Shown piece after piece: positions 58,599 through 64,000 of a stretch of 64,000 bases of DNA. Location of the stretch: assembly GCA_004022145.1 (NCBI GenBank), contig RCNU01000006.1; one strand, given 5' to 3'. This stretch comes from Paecilomyces variotii. Lineage: Eukaryota. Positions within the stretch are counted from its first letter, which is position 1, and each line of letters starts with the position of its first letter. Both the position numbers and the translations under genes were made by a program. The notes below the pieces were generated by a model. That model had not been told where the DNA came from. It searched no databases and saw only the letters and a program-made list of their open reading frames with translations.

Positions 58599-61500
58599 AT
58601 GGAGGATCAGGTAAAGATTTTGTCCTAGCCCTGAAAAAAAACCCCACGCCCCTCCCCCGGGATGCTACCCCTCTCAGCGAAAAGAGGTCTCCTCCCTCCA
58701 GCAGTAACTAACCAGATGTGCTTCTGTAACAGGTAGCAAGCGCCATAGAAATCGGCTGGAACCCTGCCTCCGACCAAGCCCTCAAAGCGCAAGCCTACGA
58801 CTACCTCAACCAGCTCCGCTCCGACCCGTCTGGATGGCAGGTCTGCCTGTCCATCTTCACCAAAACCCCACGGCACTCCGAGATCGTACGACATGTGGCC
58901 CTGGAAGTGGTCAACAGCGCCGCTCAGGCCGGCCTGATTGACCTGCAAGGTCTTGGGTTCGTCAAGGATGCGCTGATGGCGTACCTGCGTCAAGGGTACG
59001 CACAAGATGGGACGCTGAATCCTGACTCCGCAAATATCCAGAACAAGATCGCCCAGACTCTCACCTGTCTCTTCTGCGCTCTCTACGCCAGCGGTTGGGA
59101 GACTTTTTTCGACGATCTGCTCAGCTTGACGACTAAAAACCCGTCGACAAATGCGCGAGACAACCCCGTCGGGATCGTGTTCTATCTCCGTGTGATTGTC
59201 TCGATCCACGAGGAAATCGGCGATGTGCTGGTGTCCAGATCTCGCGCAGAACAGGATAAGGCCAATGCCCTCAAAGATCTGATTCGCGAGAGAGATGTGC
59301 AGAAGATCGCCAACTCCTGGCAAGAGATATTGTCGCAGTGGCGGGATGGGGATGATTTGATTGCGGAGATGTGCCTGAAAGTTGTGGGTAGCTGGGTGAG
59401 CTGGATCGATATCGGTTTGGTCGTGAACCAGACTATGTTGGATCTTCTGTTCCAGCAGCTAGCACGGGCACAGAGAACGGATGTCAGGCAGGGCGAGGAG
59501 AAGCTGCGGGATGCGGCGATCGATGTTTTTACTGAGATCGTTGGCAAGAAGATGAAGGCCGAGGATAAGATTGATATGATCATGTTCTTGAATCTAGAAA
59601 CTATTGTCGCCCAGCTTTCCAACAGCCCTCCACTACACGATGCTAGATTCACCTCCAAATATGACACAGACCTAGCTGAGACCGTTGCGAAGCTCGTCAA
59701 CATCACTGTCATTGATATTGTCAGGGTTCTGGATAATGAGGCCGCTCCAGCTCCAGCCAGGGAAAAAGCCAGTACGCTCCTCCAGGCCTTCCTTCCCCAT
59801 ATCCTCCGCTTCTTCTCCGACGAATACGATGAGGTCTGTTCGACCATCATTCCTTGCGTGAATGATCTTTTGTCCTACTCCAGGAAGGTCTCGAAAGGAA
59901 ACCCGGCTCTCGCTGCCCAGCATTCCTCCATGCTTCTCCCCATCCTGAAGGCTATAATTGCGAAGATGAGATACGATGAAACATCTTCATGGGGCGATGA
60001 AGACGAGCAAACGGATGAGGCGGAGTTCCAGGAGCTACGGAAGAGGTTGAATGTCCTCCAGCAGATCATTGCATCGGCAAACGAGCAATTATATATGGAA
60101 GCAGTTTCAGAAGTTGTGGGAACTACGTTCGAAAACCTACGGCAGTCCGGTGGCCAGCTCGACTGGCGGGATCTTGATCTGGCTCTCCATGAAATGTTCC
60201 TCTTCGGCGATCTGGCTGTCAAATCTGGGGGTCTGTACAATAAGAACAAGCCAAACAATCCGGCTGCTGATCGACTGGTGGACATGATGCTGAGGATGGT
60301 TGAATCTGGTAAGTCTGCGGTCAAACTATTATTTTCTGGCTGGCGTCTCTGACTCGATATAGACATTCGATTTTTCACTCACCCTGCAACCCAGCTCCAG
60401 TATATGGAAATTTGCGTTCGTTACAACTCCTTTTTTGAACACCACGCGCATCTAATTCCAGGAGTCTTGGAAAATTTCCTCCAGCTAGTTCACCACCCCT
60501 TGAAGAAGGTCAGGACGCGGTCATGGTACCTCTTCCAACGCTTCGTGAAGCACCTCAGAGCTCATATCGGAAATGTGGCTGAAACCGTCATCAAAGCAAT
60601 CGGAGATTTGCTTGTTATCCAAGCTGAAGTGCCAGCAGAGGGGTCTGATGGCGATGAGATGTCTTCAGAGGACCACGAGAATTCAGCAGATGCTGTCTTC
60701 AATAGCCAGCTATATCTATTCGAGGCGGTTGGATCTATTTGCTCGACTGCCGCTATTCCGTCCGACAAGCAAGCGCTGTATGCTCAGACGGTCCTGAACC
60801 CAATATTCATGGATATGGAAAGAAATCTAGCTGCAGCAAAATCAAACGATGAGAGAGCCTTGTTGCAAATCCACCATGACATTATGGCTCTGGGAACTCT
60901 TGCGAGAGGTTTCTCAGACTGGACCCCGGGAACTAACGCTCCCTCGAACCCCCCAGCACCAGAAGTATCAGAAGCTTTTGCTCAAGTTTCAGAAGCAACA
61001 CTCGTTGCCCTGGAATCACTGAAGACGTCTTTTAATGTCAGAACAGCATCTCGGTTCACCTTCTCGAGACTGATCGGTGTTCTCGGCTCGAGAATCCTCC
61101 CCCAGCTGCCAAGATGGATCGATGGACTTCTCACTCAGACCTCATCCAAAGATGAGATGGCACTCTTTTTGCGACTTCTAGACCAGGTCATCTTTGGCTT
61201 CAAGACTGAGATCTATGGCATTCTGGACACGTTGCTTACCCCTTTCCTTCAACGCGTGTTCTCTGGAATCGCTGATCCCATCACGGGCACGGACGATGAG
61301 ATTCAACTGGCGGAATTGAAGCGAGAGTACCTCAACTTCTTGCTTGCGGTCTTGAACAATGACCTGGGAGCCGTGATAATTAGCGAGAGTAAGTTACTGA
61401 CCGCGTCTCCAATAGCATCTCATCTCTAATACTTTTTCTAGCCAACCAACCTATCTTTGAAACCGTCATCTCCACCATTGAACATTTTGCGAGAGACGCA

Positions 61501-61980
61501 GATGACCCTACCACCGCGAAGATGGCGTTCCTGGTCTTGTCTAAGATGGCTAGTTCGTGGGGTGGCCCAGATATCGCTCCGGTGATATCGAACGGAGCGA
61601 CTCCCACCCAACCGGCTCTCCCTGGTTTCGGTCAGTTCATGATCACGCGCTTCTCGCCGCTTTGCTGGGCGCTTCCAGCTACCTCTAGCTTCAACTCGAA
61701 GGATGCGCAGGCAAGGCAGGTCCTTGCTGAGGCAGGAAGCTTGCAGCGGACTATTTATTCCAAAACAGGTGCGGAGTACGTAGAATATCTCCGTACTCGA
61801 GAACTTCCCGGCATGGGAATGGGGGCAGATCTTATCGAAGAGTTTTTGGGCGCTTTGAGTCGGCTGGATACGAAAGGTTTCCGGCAATTTTTCCAGGTAT
61901 GTCTCCTCGCGTTCTAGACCGGCCTGTTAATGCGCAGCTAACATAGCTGTCAGTCCTTTATCCAACGGTTGAGCGCATGA
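58599..61980 (+). CDS. los1: Exportin-T (tRNA exportin Los1)
   Basis: MEDQ / [25 protein letters not shown].. importin-beta-like HEAT protein with [12 protein letters not shown] and [11 protein letters not shown]. Four introns; ends SFIQRLSA*. Confidence 0.85.
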
Positions 61981-63031
61981 TACCACATGATGTTACGCTC
62001 TCTCTCATTCCCAAAATCTACGCCGCCCAGTCTTTTTACTGTTCTCTTAGATTCCCCTGCCTTTTTTCTCTTCGATGAGCTCATCATTCCCATGTATTAT
62101 GCACCGGGATGAGTGTTTCTTTTCTTTTTCCCGTCTGCTTAACTTCCTCTTCTTATTCTCATACAAGCGACTTTCCAGTAATCTTTGCCTTTTTCTCACT
62201 TATCTTGCAACAAGCATTGAAACAAGAAAAGCAAAAGCAAACAACGTGCATAGTTTGTGTGATGCAGCGCGGCATGCATTCTGGGGCGTTCTTCATCTCC
62301 CGTATAGCCAAAGAGACAAAACAACATTTTTCTTCTCTATCATAGGCAACCCATTGTTTGATCTGCTGTCTATACCAGACCGGGCGGGGTTTCCTTGCCG
62401 ATGGATATTTTCTTCTCTTTTCTTTTTTTGTTCTTCCTTATATGATAACTGATCTAACTGATCACGAAGAGATACCAAGAAAGAGAAATGAAATGGCAGG
62501 AATGGATGAGTGTTATCGGACAGGGCTGTCAAAGGATCGAGAGAAACGAGAGAGATATGTCAAACTTATGCATGATGCATGGGAGGGTGATTACTTGTCC
62601 GTTTTGACTTTTGAGGGAAGGACTCTCCAGACCTTGACAAGGGTTTACACTTAACTTAGGCACAGCTGCATTAGGGCAGGTTTAGATTTCAGGTAGATGC
62701 GGGGAAGGCAAAGCAAAGCAGAGCAAAGCAAATGAGATGAGATGATGAAAATGCAGATGATCGATCTTCTTTCTGTATTATTTTTTTTCCCTTTTGAGGT
62801 ATTGGTTGTGTATTTTGGGATACTTGATGGATTGGATTACTAGTAGCGTTTACACTTATTAAGGTATCCTGATAATATCATATATGCCTTCTTGTCGCCT
62901 GATATTAAAAGAAGAAGAAGAAGAAGCGTATATAGTAACAACTTCATTTAATCATGTCATATCATATTATATCGAGGCTCTAGGTGCCTTGGGGTCGCTT
63001 CTACAGAAGTTAGACTCGGAATCTATATCAC

Positions 63032-63032
<1 letters not shown>

Positions 63033-63083
<51 letters not shown>
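63033..63083. repeat. Poly(A) tract (~50 nt)
   Basis: Uninterrupted A run between convergent gene ends. Confidence 0.95.
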
Positions 63084-63084
<1 letters not shown>

Positions 63085-63209
63085 AATCAAGGGATAGAAA
63101 GATAGTTAAAACAAAAAGGGGATTTAAAGAAAGAATATACATATGGAACTTATTTATTCTATCGAAGATAGAAAACGAAAGTTATAATAATGAAATAGGG
63201 TCTCACGCA

Positions 63210-64000
63210 CTAAGCGAACAGATACTTGGCCGCATGCTCTACGTGATCGTCGGCGAACGTGGAGATGAAGTAGTAGCTGTGATCGTAGTCCTGCTGGTAG
63301 CGGACTTTGACGCCCTCGACGCCGGATTCCTTAGCGGCCTTTTCGAGGTTTTCGGGGAGGAGCTGGCCCTGCTTGTAGAAGTTGTCGCCGGTGCCCTAGT
63401 TTAGAGTTAGTGGTAAGTTACTTTTTATATTGATTTTTCATTCCTGGTCCACACGAGGAATAATCAAGCTATATAAGATAAGAAGGGAAAGGGGACATGT
63501 CACATACGACATCAATCAGCACATCAAGCGGGCCCTTCCACTTCTTGATCAGCTCCGTGGCATCGTGCTCCTTCCACTTCTCCTGGTTCTCCGCGCCGAA
63601 GTAGCCAGAGAAAGCCTTCTGACCCCAAGGGCAGTTGATGGGGTTGGAGATGGGCGCGAATGCCGAAACGGACTTGTATTTTCCGGGATTTCGGAGGAAC
63701 TGTTGTTTTTTTTTTTACCAAATTAGTTATCTGGCTTAATAATGTAATTTGGCGGGCATCTAAGCGGGGTAAAAAAGACTCCATTATTACCAAAGTCAGA
63801 GCGCCGTGACCACCCATACTGTGACCCGTAATGCTGACACGGCTCGAGTCGATCTGGTCAAATGCAGAGAAGACGGTCTTGGGAAGCTCTTCCGTGATGT
63901 AGCTGTACATCTTGTAGCCCTTGTCCCATGGGGCCTTGGTGGCGTCGATGTAGAAGCCCGCACCGCTACCGAAATCGTAGGAGTCGTCCTCACCCTCGAT
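63210..64000 (-). CDS. S-formylglutathione hydrolase (esterase D), 5' part outside the window
   Basis: [54 protein letters not shown] and [12 protein letters not shown]. Stop TAG at 63212-63210. Confidence 0.93.

Noticed and set aside
63210-64000. S-formylglutathione hydrolase as part of an accessory formaldehyde-detoxification cluster
   Set aside because: It lies among housekeeping genes and no partner dehydrogenase is visible in the window.
1-64000. tRNA, rRNA, CRISPR array or Starship captain gene
   Set aside because: None recognised by eye; a covariance-model and HMM scan would be needed to exclude small RNAs.

Overview
Fungal (Eurotiales-like ascomycete) genomic DNA with GT-AG spliceosomal introns and CTRAY branch points, so the supplied ORF track fragments most genes. 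The window has two parts. (1) About 1-16.5 kb is an accessory, transposon- and RIP-scarred region. It holds two back-to-back divergent gene pairs: a permuted papain-like protein with an intronless zinc-metalloprotease/H-type-lectin fusion, and an 11-exon atypical catalase with an intronless secreted glucose oxidase. It also holds a degenerate second copy of the catalase 3' end, MITE/transposase relics, a multi-C2H2 gene and a frameshifted Zn2Cys6 regulator. (2) About 17.5-64 kb is housekeeping-type: a Pho4/NUC-1-like bHLH factor, a septin-like GTPase, a DHCR24-like FAD oxidoreductase, hsp90, an SDR pseudogene, a G3BP/Nxt3-like protein, a small unknown protein, a TPR-like protein, Nnf1, a cAMP-receptor-like GPCR, the Pho85/PhoA CDK, a SIRT4-like sirtuin, a mitochondrial-type CDF transporter, xylulokinase, exportin-T and a partial S-formylglutathione hydrolase. 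The best candidate for an undescribed system is the H2O2 producer/self-protection pair (glucose oxidase and catalase sharing one upstream region) next to a repeat-bounded protease-lectin module. All gene models were assembled by eye. No tRNA, rRNA or CRISPR array was recognised.
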